Source: Chiloscyllium plagiosum (lineage: Eukaryota). From it: a DNA stretch of 64,000 nt. The stretch is from assembly GCF_004010195.1 (NCBI RefSeq), contig NC_057759.1, forward strand, positions 7,715,910-7,779,909, read 5' to 3'. A program made the translations under genes and the position numbers. Below the pieces are notes generated by a model that did not search any database, was not told the DNA's origin, and saw only the letters and a list, made by a program, of their open reading frames with translations. Below are positions 38,256-52,529 of this stretch, piece after piece (the stretch's first letter is position 1; every line of letters begins with the position of its first letter).

Positions 38256-41200
38256 CTGCTTTTCCTATCTTTTGTTACTGTGATTCACATGAATGCAGTT
38301 CGTTTCTGTCTACAGTGATGGTGTGATTATCAAATTGGCAAATGAGCCATGTGTAAGTGCCTGGATCTCAGCTCTGTCCTCGCGAACATAACAGAATTTT
38401 TCTAGGATTAAAATTCATTGTTAGATTATTCGGCTACTGTGTGCTGCTCATAACATCTCAGCTCTTGCAATCGAAGGGCTTATCAAATCTTCTCTGATCT
38501 GACAGCGCAGTAACATCTTAAATACTCATAGCAATTGTGGTGGTGACACCTTACAGCGGATACCTCCGCTTGCATGTGCATCTTTCCCCACTCTGGTGCA
38601 GTTAGTGCTGTTTCACAGAATCCAGTTTCACTTTGATTCCTCTCCTGGTACAAAACCAATGTTATTTTGGAGTAGGTAATCTCTTGGCTAAATTGTGGAC
38701 TGGAATCTTCACAAACAATTCCGTTACCTATTAAGGAATTAGGTTTGCCTTGAAGTATATGTTCTGCAAACTCGAATTGCTTTATTTATTTTAGTAACCT
38801 AGTTGTCCTAAACAAGCAGAGACGGATAAGAAAACCATTATCTTTCAGCCAATGCCGAACATTGCTGAGGCAGTGCTATCTGAAGTAATCAACCGTTACA
38901 AGTTTGTTCATGGTATTTTTTAAGACATTGTCAAATCGATTTAACATTAGCAAAGTGTCTATCTACAGGAAAGTGATGTTTTCATGGGAAGTGTACACAA
39001 AATTCTAATGTCTTTCTTGCTTTACTTGTTATTCATTTGTGAGGTTTAGGCACCGCTGGCTGGGCCATAGTTAATTTCTTTGCATGTCCTGCATGAATTG
39101 CCAACAGTACTTCCTCCACTTAATTTAGATGTTTCTTTAACTTATATTGGTTTATTGTTGCTTGCTGGCGCTCAGAGTCAGAATAGTCTAGATAAAGTTA
39201 TGAAGGACGACATGAGTGATGGCTGGACATAATTCCTCTCTTCATTAGTGGTAGAGCGTAGAAAATTGTGGAACACAGGGAAGAATACTTTTTCGTGGTG
39301 TACCCACGACTTGCTTCAACCATTCAATTGGACTATGATGCATCTGTTCAGTCATTCCAGTCCATTGAATGCGTTAGCCAATATTAATTACAATGCAAAG
39401 TCATGGGAAAAACAAGCTCAGGCGAAGGTGAAAAGAGGTTAAGTGAAATAAGTGGTCCAACTTCTTGGCAATACAAATAATTAGCCAGCAAATGTAATTT
39501 TTTTCCACTTTGATAGGACGAATTTTTATGGGTGAATTATTAATTATTTATTTCAGTGTATTTCGAGGGGTATGGTTGAATCTGGTGAGATCAACATTTG
39601 TGACTGCAATTGTTGATTGGTTTGCCAGCCTATTTCAACATGGAAACACAGAAGGTGGGGAACGGGATTATGCTGCTCTACCCCTCTGCACTGTTCTCTA
39701 ATTCAACACGATCACGCAGGTCATCCAGCCCACTTTAATATCAATTGATCCCGTTAGTCACAATAAGTGTATTTACCGCCTTCTTGAAAGCGCATACCGT
39801 TTTATTTACCAGCACATTCCGTTGCCAGATGCTGTGAAGATTCACCTCATTCTAGGTGAAGAATTTTCTCCTCATCTTATTCTATAATGTTCAGTCCTTA
39901 CCTTTAAACTGCCACCCTGGTTCGGGGTTTCATTGCCATCGAGAACATCCTTCCTGCATCCAAACTGTTTATTGCTGCTAGAATGTTTAGGTTGCTATGC
40001 ATTCTCCCCTTGTTCTTCTGAATGCCAGTGAATTCCATCCTAGCCAACTCAATCTCTCCTCATACATCAGCCCTACCTTTGCCGAAATAAATTTGGTAAA
40101 GCATCACAACAATCCCTCCTTTCAATAACGTCCTCCCTCAGACATGGGAAAGCACAGTTATGCACAGTTTCCCAAATGTACTCTCACCATGCGGTGCATG
40201 TATGTTTAGGAAGATATTCGTGTGCCTCAACTCGAATTCTCTCATTACAAAGGTCAGTCCACAGTTACTCTTCTTTACATCCTAATGCACTTGCCCACTT
40301 ACTCTCTGCAACTGGTGGACAATGCCAAGCAGGCCTCAATTAATCCCCTCGTCTCTCAATTTAGAGCTTTTTTAATATAGCTCTGACTTCTCAATCTTGC
40401 CTCTGAAGTGGGTAACATCACATTTATCCACATTATACTGCGTTAGCCCACTAACTCGACCTGTCTAAATCAGACTACATCATCTCTGCATCCTCCTGAT
40501 AGCGGAAACTTCCAAAAAGCTATGTGCCATCGGCACAGTTTAAGATACGAATTGCTTTATTGTGAGTAGCTGGGGTCCTCATTCCCACTGATTGCGGCCT
40601 TCAATTTAGGAAAAAAAATCCCACTCTGTTTCTTGTCTGCTAACCAATTTTCAGTATATGAAATCCCACGTGTTTCCTTTAAATATTTTCTGTTCCTTAT
40701 ACTCTCACTTATCTGCTTCAAGCAACGTTCCAATGTTCCTTCATCTGGTTGTAACCTACTTCCTTCCTTTCTTTCCTGTTTCAGTTAGAACAGTCGTTTA
40801 TGTTTCGAAATCATATGTCATTTGTCAAATAAAAGTAAAATTCTAAGGTATTATTCTGAGCAATTTTCATAAAGTTTTAATTAATACGTGATTACAAATG
40901 GTACCTGGCAAACTTGTAGGTTGAGCACGAAGCAAGCAAGTTGTATTTTTCATTGGGGAAAATAGATTCAGACATGAAATTTCGATTTTGCTACATTCTT
41001 GCACGTCAATAAGCAATTGCCCAATATTGCAAAACGGTATGTCGTCTTGGTCCCAAGCCAAAAACGTTGATTTCAGTTGGTAGCAGAAGCAATATTGTCC
41101 ATTAATCATTCTGCAAAACGGATTTGTTAATTTTTTTCAGTGTCCCTGCTTCAAATCTAGTTCCCTACTTGTTCCTCCAGTTCTAATGCCTATTGCAAGT

Positions 41201-42391
41201 TTGTTTACCTAACTGTGTTACATTTGTGAAATATTCACCCTTTGTGCTCTGAAATATCTAATGTCAAACCTCTTCCAGTCCCTTCTGCACGCTTACTACT
41301 CACCGAGGAACGAGGTCCCCTGTCACTTCATTTTTAGGCAGATCATGACTAATACAACTCATCGTTCTATTCATCCAGCATATTCTGAGCTTTCGCAATT
41401 CTCTGCATGATCGCAATTGAGACTAAAGATTTGAATGTCTTTAGAAAAGAACTAGAGGTAGATCTTGGGCCTAAAGGCACAAAGGATTATGGAATGAAAG
41501 CGGGCAAATGACAGACAGGTGGATGGATATCCATGATAATGAGTGAATGTAAGAGCAGACTCTAAATGCATAATGATCTTTATTAACGGGATGTGGGTGT
41601 CGCTGGTTAGTCGAACGTTTCTTCATCACAGCAAAAGTGAGTGCTGCAGATGCTGGAAACCAGAGTCTCGATTAGCGTGGTGCCAGAAAAGCACAGCAGG
41701 TCAGGCAGCATCTGAGGATCAGATTTCTGAGAGGACAGTTAAGAGTAAATCACATTTCTTTCGGTCTGGAGTCACATCTAGCTAGATGAGGTGAAGATAG
41801 ATGTTTTCCTCCCAAAAGGACATTAGTGAAGCAGGTGTGCTAATCTCCAGGCAACTGACAAAGGAATGATGGTAATCATGAGAATCTTATTTGCAAACTC
41901 TTAATGAAATGAAATTCCACAAACAGTCGTAGTAGGAGTGGAATCCGGATCCCTAGACCATTACCAGGATCTGTAAATTGACAATCCAGCGACAATATCA
42001 CTCGGCCAGCACCTCTCCTATTTTCTTATAGCTTCTATGCTGTTTTGTTTAAAATTTGCTTATTTTAGCATCTTGTTCCACTTACCACTACGAAAGGGTG
42101 GACATTGTTCCTTTATCTTCTATTCAGCTCTGCCATAATTTTGAAAAGCTCGAACAGGAATTTTCTGAACCTTCTGCATTCCAAGTGGAAAAACCCCAAA
42201 TTGATCAATCTAACCTCATTACTGACGATTTGTATATCCGGAAGCATTCTTGTAATCCACTTCTGCACTGTTTCCAATGTATTCAAATCCGTCATAAAAA
42301 TTTTACACTCACAACTGTATGCAATAGTAAAGAAAAGGTCCACAATTGCCTGAATCAAGTTCAACATTACCTCTTTGCTATTTAACTTGAT

Positions 42392-42490
42392 ACAATTATT
42401 ACCAAAGGAGAAAGTGAGGACTGCAGATGCTGGAGATCAGAGCTGAAAAATGTGTTCCAGCAACACATATTTCAACAATTATTACCAAAG
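42392..42490 (-). mobile_element. 67-bp Penelope-like micro-insertion with 16-bp TSD
   Basis: acaattattaccaaag at 42392-42407 and 42475-42490 flanks a PLE terminus plus an inverted segment. Confidence 0.85.
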
Positions 42491-43574
42491 CCCATGTCAT
42501 TGTTTACATTATTTATTGCACCTGATACTTGTCCTCCCATTTCCAGTTATCTGTGCACATACACACTTATGTCCCTCCGCTGTATCACAGTCTTGAAAAT
42601 TGTGTCCGCTATCTTACGTGGTCCTCCACTTATCTTCTTAGCAAAATGTGTCAACACACAATTCATATCAATGAAATATATCCACTGTGTATCAGCTAAA
42701 TCCACGAATATATCTATGTTGTTCAAAAGGTATATACACTTCTTCTCACAGTTTGTATATTCTCCAAGTTTTGTGTCGTTGAAAACATTTAAGAATTAGG
42801 CTCCTTGGCAAAACGTAGATACTTAAAAAGTGTTTAGAAATACAAGGCTCCTGGTACTTAACTTAGGATAAATCCACTACAAGACGTCCACCTGACTGAA
42901 AAAAGTCTTTTTTGATTATGCCTTTCCATTATCAAATTCCTGTGGAATTTTCCGTCAAATGTGCTATGATTCTTCCAACTAGCGACTTATTACCGTCCTC
43001 ACAATCCTTTTCAGTTCCACAAAATCGGATGTTTTCTGAATATCCATATTCACCATATCAGCTGTGTTTCTCTACTACTTACCTCTCCAAATGAAAGAGC
43101 AGACATTTGGTTAAACGTAATTTGCTCCTTTGGAAATCCTTGTTATGTCTTCGTCATGAACCAGTCCATATCCATGTGACACTAACTCAACACCGGGTTT
43201 TGACAACTGCTAATTTAATCCGATGGCTTTAAGTGTATTCATGTGAATTGTTCGAAAGCCTGAAGTGTAATTTGTGAGCTTATTATTGATCATTTCATTA
43301 AACGAGGCTGTAATGTTTGGAATCTTCTAATTTTTGGCACTTCCATTGAATTTAGGGAAAGCTGGAAGATATAAGAATTGATTTTTTTTCTCACGTGAAC
43401 CATGTGACATTATGTTCCTGGGAGAATTTGTTGTCGGAGAAATCTATTCAGTTTCTATGATGAGTTGTGGTGGACAAATAATGGTTCACTTTCTTGATCA
43501 TTGATTTTGATGTTTGTTACCCTTTATTGTAGAACCTTGGGTCTTGATACTCTGAAGAGGGGAGGTGATAGACT

Positions 43575-43845
43575 CTTAGGACTGCTTGCACAAAGACCCA
43601 GGTTCAAATCCCGTCTTTGCAGGTGGTGGACTTTGAATTCAATAAATATCTGGAATTATAAGTTGATTGTTGGGGGAAATCCCCTTTGGTTCACTAATGT
43701 CCTTTATGGAAAGAGAAATGCCGTGCTTACCCAGTCTTGCCGACTTATGACTCCAGTTCCGCAGCAATGTGACAGACTCTTAACTGCCCTCTGGGGAGTA
43801 CATGTTGTTTGGCCGAAGATACCCCAATCCTGTGAATGAATAAAG
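43575..43845 (+). mobile_element. DeuSINE (SacSINE1-like)
   Basis: B box ggttcaaatccc, core tggttcactaatgtccttt...gactcttaactgccctctg, tail gtgaatgaataaa. Confidence 0.8.
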
Positions 43846-44124
43846 GAGTAAGCCCCATTGATGAAAGTATTGTCTAGTCTGAACGTAACATAAAGTTATA
43901 AATCTGATCAATTATTTCATGTTCACTTGGTAGATCATAACATTTGGTGGCGCTTCTGCAATTACAACAGATTAAATTTTGCTTTCTATTCCTAAAAATA
44001 TTCTGGCATCTGCATGTGTCTTAGAAAAGCAGCTTCAGTGATTCATTTACTTTCGATTGGCATGGCAGTAGAACTAATGCTTTTTTCATGCTATTATAAA
44101 ACTCTTATTTTTTGGAAACATGCC

Positions 44125-44430
44125 ATCGAGTCCACAGCACCCACTGAATACGATCCCAGCCAGACCTACCAACAGATCCTTTCCCTGTATCCCTGTATTT
44201 TTCATGGGTTAATCATCCAAGCGAACACGTCGTTGGAAACGTTGGGAAATTTAGTAATCACAAGCCATCCAACCTGCACATCCTCGATCATGAGAGGAAA
44301 CTGGATCACCCAGTTAAAACTCACACAAAAAAAGGGAAGAATGCGCAAATTGCACACAGGCATTCGTGAGACATTGGAATAGATCCTGGTCCCCTGGTGC
44401 TGTGAAGCAACACAGCAAGCTAATCGGCCA
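44125..44430 (-). mobile_element. Divergent V-SINE
   Basis: Degenerate tRNA head (ctggtccctggtgctgtgaagc) and V-domain. Confidence 0.7.
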
Positions 44431-45419
44431 GCATTCATTCTTCTCTATTAATTGTAGGTGTGAGTCAACTTTACTTCTTATTGTAATCCCTGTCTCATGT
44501 TGCAACTGTGACTAGAACTTCGAATCTACTCATTGCCAACAACAGTTATGAACAAGTCTGTCGCGGCAAGGAACATTATCAGAACTGCACTGCAGAGCAT
44601 CTATCGATTTTTGGATTAAGGGTGAAATCCACAACACGGAATGTATGACATCTAATGGAACATGGATCAATAAAGATTGGTGAAATCCACGAACTGTTTC
44701 CTGAACATTTTAGTACATGAATAGATTTTTTGCCAACACAAGTTACTGGGTTCATATATTTTATATCACACTTCTATTTTCTTGGGACGTCTTCTAAATG
44801 CATGTTCAGATACAGATTGCTCATCTACAATTCCTATGACAAGCCCTTAAACACCAAGATCAGTTTTCAAACATAATCTGGACGTCTCCCTTTCCAGCGC
44901 ATTCTTCCTTAGATTTCCTGGACCTGACACTGCTCACAATATTCCAAATGTCGGCTGACTAGAATCCGATATAGCCTGACAATACATGTCGGCACTTGGT
45001 TTCTAGCTGTCTTGAAATGACTGCTGAGTTGTATTTGCCTTCATGACTGTCAGTTGAAGCTGCATTTTAATATTTTGGGGACTGTGATTGAGGATGACAA
45101 AGTGGCTTTTGTGGTCAGGTTTCTGAAACCCTTTCACATTTAGAAACAAAGTCTATGCCTCTATCGTTCCAACCAAACTTCACACTTCTCCACATAGTAA
45201 TCCATCTGTGACATCTTTGCACGATTCGAGAATGTTCAAAGCGTTGTGCAGCTCCCCCCTCCCTCTCCCTATCTGTGTTTCATCTGGAAAATTAGTAACA
45301 ATGCAGACATTTCATTCGTCCTGATCATGAATTTAAAACGAGAATAGCTTTGGCCTCAACACTGATGCGTGCATAACTCCAAGAGACACCAGTTGCCACC
45401 CTGTAAAAGATCTGAAGCC

Positions 45420-46830
45420 CATAAAACCTTCACTATTCCATTACCATACATACATATATCTAATTGCCGTTTAAATTCCATTAAATTTGGCGGGTCTACT
45501 ATTGTCACAGGCAGGTCATTCCACGCCAAGACTGGTCTTTGAGTAAAGAACCTACGTCTGACATCTGTCCTATATCAATCACCACTCAGTTGAAAGCTCT
45601 GTCCCCTCATTCTAGCCATCACCATCTGAGGAAAATGTCTCTCACTGTCCGCAGTAATTAATCCTCTGATCACCTTGTATGTCTCTATTATGTGAGCTCT
45701 GAATCTCTTTTCCCTGAGAAGCACAGCCTCAAGTTCCTCAGCCTTTGCTCATAAGATCTTCCCTCTATACCAGGAAACATCCTGCTAACACTCCTCCGTA
45801 CCCTTTCTATTGCTTCTACATCCTACCTATAATGTAGTGACCAGAACTGTGCACAATAATCCAAGTGCAGCCGCACCAGAGTTTTTTTTTTTTTACAGCT
45901 GCAACATGACTTCATGGCTCGAAACTCAATCCCTCTACGAATAAAATCTAACACACCATAAGACCTCTTAACTGCCCTGTCAACCTGTGTGGCAACTTCG
46001 AGGGATCTATGCACATGGACACCGAGATCTCTCTGCTCATCCACACTTCCAAAAATCTTACCATTAGCCCAGTTCTGTGTACCCTGTTAATTCTTCCAAT
46101 GTGAATTACCTCACACGTTTCCGCATTAGACTCCATTTGCCACCTATCAGTCCAGCTCTCCAGCTTCTCTATGTCCCTCTGTAACCTGCAACATGCTACC
46201 ACACTGTCCACAACTCCACTGACTTTAGAATCATTAGCAAATATACTAACCTATCCTTCTACCCCCTCATCCAGACCATTTATAAAAATGACAATCAGTA
46301 ATGGCCTCAAAGCAGTTCCTTGTGGTGCACCACTAGTAACTCAGCTCCAGAATAAACATTTCCCATGCCTCTTTTTACTTTAAGCTAGCCAATTACTTAT
46401 CCAAATTGCTAAATCACCATCGATCACATATCTCCAAATTTTCCACAATAGCCTACCGTGGGGAACCTTATCAAATGCTGTATTGAAATCCATATCCATC
46501 ACAACAGTCACTTTACCTTCACCCAGCTGTTTGGTCACCTTCTCAAAGAAATCAACAAGGTTTGTGAGGAACAACCTATCGTTCATAAAACCAAGTTGAC
46601 TGTTCCTAAATTAATTGTTTCTTTCTACATGCGTATTAATCATTTCTCTTATAATCCATGAAATACTTTACCTACAATTACAACTGAACAAGGGGGCAAC
46701 ATTTGCTATCCTCCAGTCTTCTGGCACCATTCCTGTCGATAATAATGACATAAACATCAAAGCCAAAGGCTATGCATCCTCCTCCCTTGCTTTCCAGAGA
46801 ATCCTAGGATGAATCCCACAGCGGCACTCG
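45420..46830 (-). mobile_element. CR1 LINE RT fragment
   Basis: LTNLVDFFEKVT...DFNTAFDKVPHGRLL, EQRDLGVHVH...HLDYCAQFWS. Confidence 0.9.
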
Positions 46831-47089
46831 GAGCCTATCAATGTTCAGACTATTATCTATTTATCTATTCTCAAAGCTTTGTTTACGAGTGATAATGACA
46901 GATCATAGTAAGCAAGCAGAGATCATAGGGTGAAAAACACCTGGACAGCGTAAGGCATACAGGTTATACCGCTTGGCAGATCCATCTTAACAAGATCAGC
47001 ATTATTTGAAGCATTATCCTACACAGCACCTTGTCAAAGATGTTCTGGAGAACCAATCGGTCACCCCCACTGTCTCTCCTTTCTGTTAC

Positions 47090-47760
47090 TTTTCCCTTAC
47101 AGACAAAACCAGCCAAGATAGCCGGGCTACTTTACATTACATTGAAGACATCTGTGAAATAATTGCCAGACTACTCAGATGCCTTGGCTCATGGTAGCCG
47201 ATAAACCAACCAACACACTTAAACAGCAACTAATGAACTTAAACGACGCTGTACGCAACAGGCAAAAAGAACGTCATTAACAAAATGCCTTGCAAGTACT
47301 TTTTTTAAAAAAACGACATTGGACAAACAGGCAGAACACGAGTCACCAGCCACATGAACATCAAATAGCCACAAAAAGTCATGAACCACTAGTACTCTTA
47401 TATATAGATGAGGAAGGAGACCACTTTGACTGATATAACACGTACATCCTAAGACGAGCCAAACAGAGACACGCACGAGAATTCCTAGAAGCATTGAATT
47501 TCAACCGGAAATCTATCAACAAACACACCGGTTTCGACCCCATCTACCAATCCATTACAAAAATAACCGGAAATGAAATCAGCAACCCAAAGCAACCTAA
47601 GCACACAAATAGGAAGTGGGACAAACACTAGCACTTCACTGGAGGCTCACTGATGATGTTTTCTCGTACGGTGATGAAACGTTTGAAACCATACCTTGCA
47701 GCTCAGCGAACAAACTCACATCCAGAACCTGAGCCTGAACCACACGTATTTTTAAAACTT
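47090..47760 (+). mobile_element. Penelope-like fragment (second family)
   Basis: Same family as 19955-20470; CTGATGA(47650)...GAAAC(47676)-GTT hammerhead-like core. Confidence 0.82.
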
Positions 47761-47939
47761 TCTTGCTTCATACTGTTAACTGGGTTAAAATATTTTTTTC
47801 ATCTTCTTCCCGTTTATCACTTTTATTTTTGGGATTCCTTGTTGATTTTTAAACATTTCCCAGTCATCTGACATCCCACGCATCTTCACCACATTACATG
47901 CTGTTTCTTTTGTTTGAATTCTGACCATTGCATTCCCTA

Positions 47940-50000
47940 TAAGAACATGAGACCTCCGCCTCCGCCCTTCGAAACTGCTTCGCCATTCAATAAGACCATG
48001 GCTGATGTTTTCGTGGACTCAGATCCACCTATCCGTGCTCACTCCATATCGCTTAATTCTATATTTTTTTAAGCTACCTTATCTTTAAAAACTGAAGTTT
48101 ACAGAGTAGCGTCAACTCCTTCACGGGCAAGGAATTCCACAAATTAACAACCCTCTTCGTGAAGAAGTCCCTTCTCAGTTCAATCCTTAATTGGCTCTCT
48201 TTAACCTTGAGGCTATGCTTTCTTGTCCTAGCTTCATCTGTCACTCAAAATATCCTCTCTACTTCTTATCTGTTTCCTTCATTATTTTATGTGTTTCCAT
48301 AAAATCCACCCCCCCCCCCCCACCCCCCAACATTCTTCTGAATTCCAATGAATAAAATTCCAATCTGCTCAGTCTTTCCACATAAGCCAACCCCCTCAAC
48401 TCTGGAATCAACCGAGTGAACCTCCTCTACACAACCTCTAGTACATCTTTTTCTCAAGACAAAAGACGAAATCTGCAGACAGTACTTCACGTGTGGACTC
48501 ACGGGTAACTTTTACAGCTGCAACATTACTTCTCTGCTTTTAAACTCACTCTTTTTACCAATGATGGTCAAAATTACATTTGCTTTCCTAATCACTGGTT
48601 GTAGCTGAAGACCAGTCTTTCATGTTTCATGCACATCCACATCCCTCTGCATAGCAGCATGCTGGAACTTTTTACCAATCAAAAATAATCCTTATTACTG
48701 TTACTCCTATCAAAATGTATGACCAACACATTTATTAACGTTGTATTCCATTGCCAGACCTTTACCTACTCACTCATGTGTCTATGTGCCTGTGCTGATT
48801 CACAGTCCACTGCACACTTAGCTCTGCCACTCTTCTTAGTTTCATCTGCAAACGTTGATACTCTACACGTGGTCCCCAACTGCGAATAATCGATGTCAAC
48901 TTGAAATAATTGCAACCCCAACACCGATCTCTGAGATAAACCACTCGTTACTGAATACCAGGCAGAATAGCACTCGTTTATCTACATGCGTTGCTTGTCA
49001 ATCAATCCCCTATCCATACTGATGCTTTAACTTTAACGCAATACATCCTTATCTTATGCAGTAGCGTCTTGTGTGGCACCTTGCTGAAGTCCTTGTGGAA
49101 TCCACACCGCACAAATTGGCTCCCAGTTGTCTACATTGCTCGAAATATCTTAACAGATTTCCAATCGATTAGTCAAGAATGATCTATACTTCATGAACCC
49201 ATGCAGCCACTGTCCAACGGGGCAATTCCGATCAAGATGCCCAAATATTTCTTCATTGGTAATAAGACTCAAGCATCTTCCCCACTATAGAGGTTCAGCT
49301 AATCGGTCTATAATTCCCCATCTTTTGTCCACCTCCGTTCCAAACAGTGGCGTCACATTAACTGTTTTCCAATCTGCTGGGATTGCCCCAGAGTCCAGGG
49401 AATTTGGGAAAATTGCCGCCAGTGATCCAGCTATTTCTCCCGCTATCTCTTTTAATACCCTGGGACCGATTCCATCAAGGCCAGGAAACTTACCTATCCT
49501 TCGCACCATGAGCTTACCCAACACTAGCTCTTCCGCAGTAATGATTGTTTCCAGGGTCTTACCTACCTTCTACGAGAAATGAGAACTGTAAATGTTGGTT
49601 ATCAGATTCGGGAATGTGATGCTGAAAATGCATAGCAGGTCTGGCAGCATCCGAGAAGCAGGAGAATCGATGTTTCAGGCATAAGCCCGTCATCAGGCCC
49701 TCGCCTACCTTTGTCAATTACTGGCAAAGTATCAGTCTTCCCTTCTGTGAAGACTCATACAAAAGATAACATGTTCAATGCATGAGCCAATTCATCATAC
49801 CCCATAATTAAATGTCCATTCTCATCCTCTAAAGGACTAGCGTTTACTTCAGCCATTCCTTTTCGTTTTATGTATTTATAGAAACGTTTGTTGTCTGTCT
49901 TTATATAGTTGCTTCGTCTGATTCTTCCTTGTGACGAATGTCTCCTGAACACATCCAAGAAATTTCTGTTATTGTTGCTCCAGAGTCTTGCGTGCCAGGC
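47940..50000 (-). mobile_element. Decayed CR1 LINE with PLE tail insertion (~49575-49697)
   Basis: GKFPGLDGIGPRVLKE...IPADWKTVNVTPLF, NIKTDNKRFYKYI-like linker. Confidence 0.85.
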
Positions 50001-50839
50001 ATCCTTCACTTTCAACTTTTTGCCAGCTCCTTTCTCATATCTGTTTCTTGCTGTTCCATAGTTACCAACTGAGAAGTTGGTGATGGTCTGTTCTTACGAA
50101 CTTTCACCGTTCATGTGCCTCAGGTACACAGGTGCGATACCATTAATGGAAGAATTCCAGGATTTTCACCAAGAGACACTGAAGGAACGGCAATGTATTT
50201 CAAAGGCAGAATGGTGAGTAATTGAAGGGGAATTTGCAGTGTGTCGTCTCCCCATTTATCCACTTCGCTTGTCCTTCTGGATAGTAATCGTTGTGGGTTT
50301 GGAAGGTTCTGTATAAGGATATTGGGTGAAGTTCTGCTGTGAGTTTTGTAAATGGCACACAGCGAACCTTACCTTCCTTTATAGGTCGAAGTATAAGAAT
50401 ACATATTCATGTATGGGTGCGTGGTTTTTGTACTTAATATGCATCCTAAGCTCTGATGCTTTCACACTTTTACAATTTCACCAAGCAAATGTCTTCAACG
50501 AATTATCTTGTGTGAATGTGGTATTCCAAAGCTATCTCACAGGGAATTTTATTACTCTGCCTTTCAATCAGTTTATAGGCGATTGTGATCCTCTTCTACG
50601 GGAACTTTGGATTCTCCATTATAACATTTGCCAAATGGAGTCATTGCTGCAACACCTGATGTTCTTTTCCCTCATAATTTAGTGAGACAGATTACACAAT
50701 ATCATATTTTCCGGTACATTGCGTGGACGTCACTTCTGTGTGCATTCCTGTCAATGTTATTTCTTTGGCATTGCGCTCTAGGATAACGATCAGTTCACTG
50801 CCATTTGTTTCTTTGATCGTTTTGTTGTAATTAGATGAC

Positions 50840-52450
50840 GTCATAATATGCAGGAGTGCAATTAGGCCAGACGGACCATCGAGTCTCCTCTACTATTCAA
50901 TCATGTCTAATACGCTCCTCATCACCATTTTCCTGCCTTCTCACCATAATCCTTAAACAGAATGCCAATTAAAACTATGTCTAACTCCTCCTTAAAGTGA
51001 CTCGCCGTCACTGCATCCACCGCACTTCGGGTAGCAAATTCCAGAATTTCACAACCTTGTGGGAGAAATAGTTTATCCTTAACTACGTTTTAAATTGCCC
51101 TCCTATATCCAAGACAACGTCCTCTCGCCTTCGGGTGTCTCACAAGTGGAAGCGTCAAATCCACGTTTGTTTTATTCATACCTTTTATCAGTTTGGATAT
51201 CTCAATTTTACCTCCCCATTCTTCCAAATTCCATATAGTATATGCCAAAACTGTTCAAACCCTCTTCATTAGACAAATCCTCAACTCTGCAGTAAATACT
51301 TACATGTATATTCTATTCCTTTAGATATAAAATTCAACACTCCATTCGCTTTCTTTATTATCTGCTGTAACTGCCTGCTAGTTTTCTGTAACTCATGAAG
51401 AAGGAGCATGCTGACTTCTCTCCCCATTTAGATAACAATATCCGTTCCCATTTTTCCGATCAAAATGCATGATGTGACACTTTTCCACGTTAAACTCATC
51501 TGCCATGTTTTGGCTAAAATCTCCTTATCTATCTCTAACCATTGTAAGGTTTTTATTCCCTCATTGGAATTTATGGTCCCTTCTATTTAAGGGTAATTTG
51601 CAAATTTGCCCATAGAGCCGTGAATTCCTGTAGCCAAGTCGTTAATGTAGATTCAAAATAGATGGGCCCAAGGACTGAACCCTCTGGCGCCCTACTAAAT
51701 TAGATTAGATTCCCTACAGTGGGAAAACAGGTCCTTCAGCAAAACCAGTCCACACCGATCCTCCGAAGAGAAACACACCCAGACCCATTTCCCTCTAACT
51801 AATGCACCTAAGCCTATGAGCAATTTAGCATGGTCAATTCACCTGACCTGCACGTCTTTGGACTGTGGGAGGAAACCGGAGCACCCGGAGGAAACCCACA
51901 CAGACACAGGAAGAATATACAAACTCCACACAGACAGTCGCCCGAAGCTGGGACTCCGATGATGTGAGGCAACAGTGCTTAACAGCACTGAGCCACCGTG
52001 CCGCCACTAGATACTTCTTGCTGTCCAGAAAAACAAACATTTATCCCGACACTCGTTCTTCTGTTCATCAGTCAATCACCTTTCCGTTCTAACAAACTAA
52101 CTCTAATCCCACATGATTGAAGTTTGTTAATCAATCTTCTGTGTGGCGGTTTTTAAATTGAGGTACAGAAGCCAAGATATATGACACCTACAGAATCCCC
52201 ATTATCCACTTTGAATGTAATATCTTCGAAGCTTTCAACAAAATCAGTCAAACATGCTTTGCCCTTCATGAAGCATGCTGAATTTGATGGATAGCATTTT
52301 GACTTTCCAAATGTCCTGACACTGCTCCACTGATCATCAATTTGAACACGTCCCCAATAACAGACACTAGATTATATGGTCTGAAATTCCCCACATGTTG
52401 CCTCCCTTCCTTTGTGAATAAAGATGATGTTGCCAGAACATGAAAACAAA
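50840..52450 (-). mobile_element. Decayed CR1 LINE fragment containing a V-SINE (51699-52007)
   Basis: GNFRPYNLVSV remnant; CR1 tail at ~50840-51000; SINE with (attag)n tail. Confidence 0.75.
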
Positions 52451-52529
52451 ATGTTGCATCAAGGATTCTGCACTTGAGTCGCTCCCAAAACAATCACTTC
52501 ATGTAGCTTTGCCTTAACACCTCTCGCAA

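Larger units (their letters stand above)
37930..42870. repeat. Old segmental duplication, copy C (no LTR insertion)
   Basis: Colinear with 20500-25690; similarity ends near ggata-x-x-x-cact (~42865), and no LTR follows. Confidence 0.85.
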
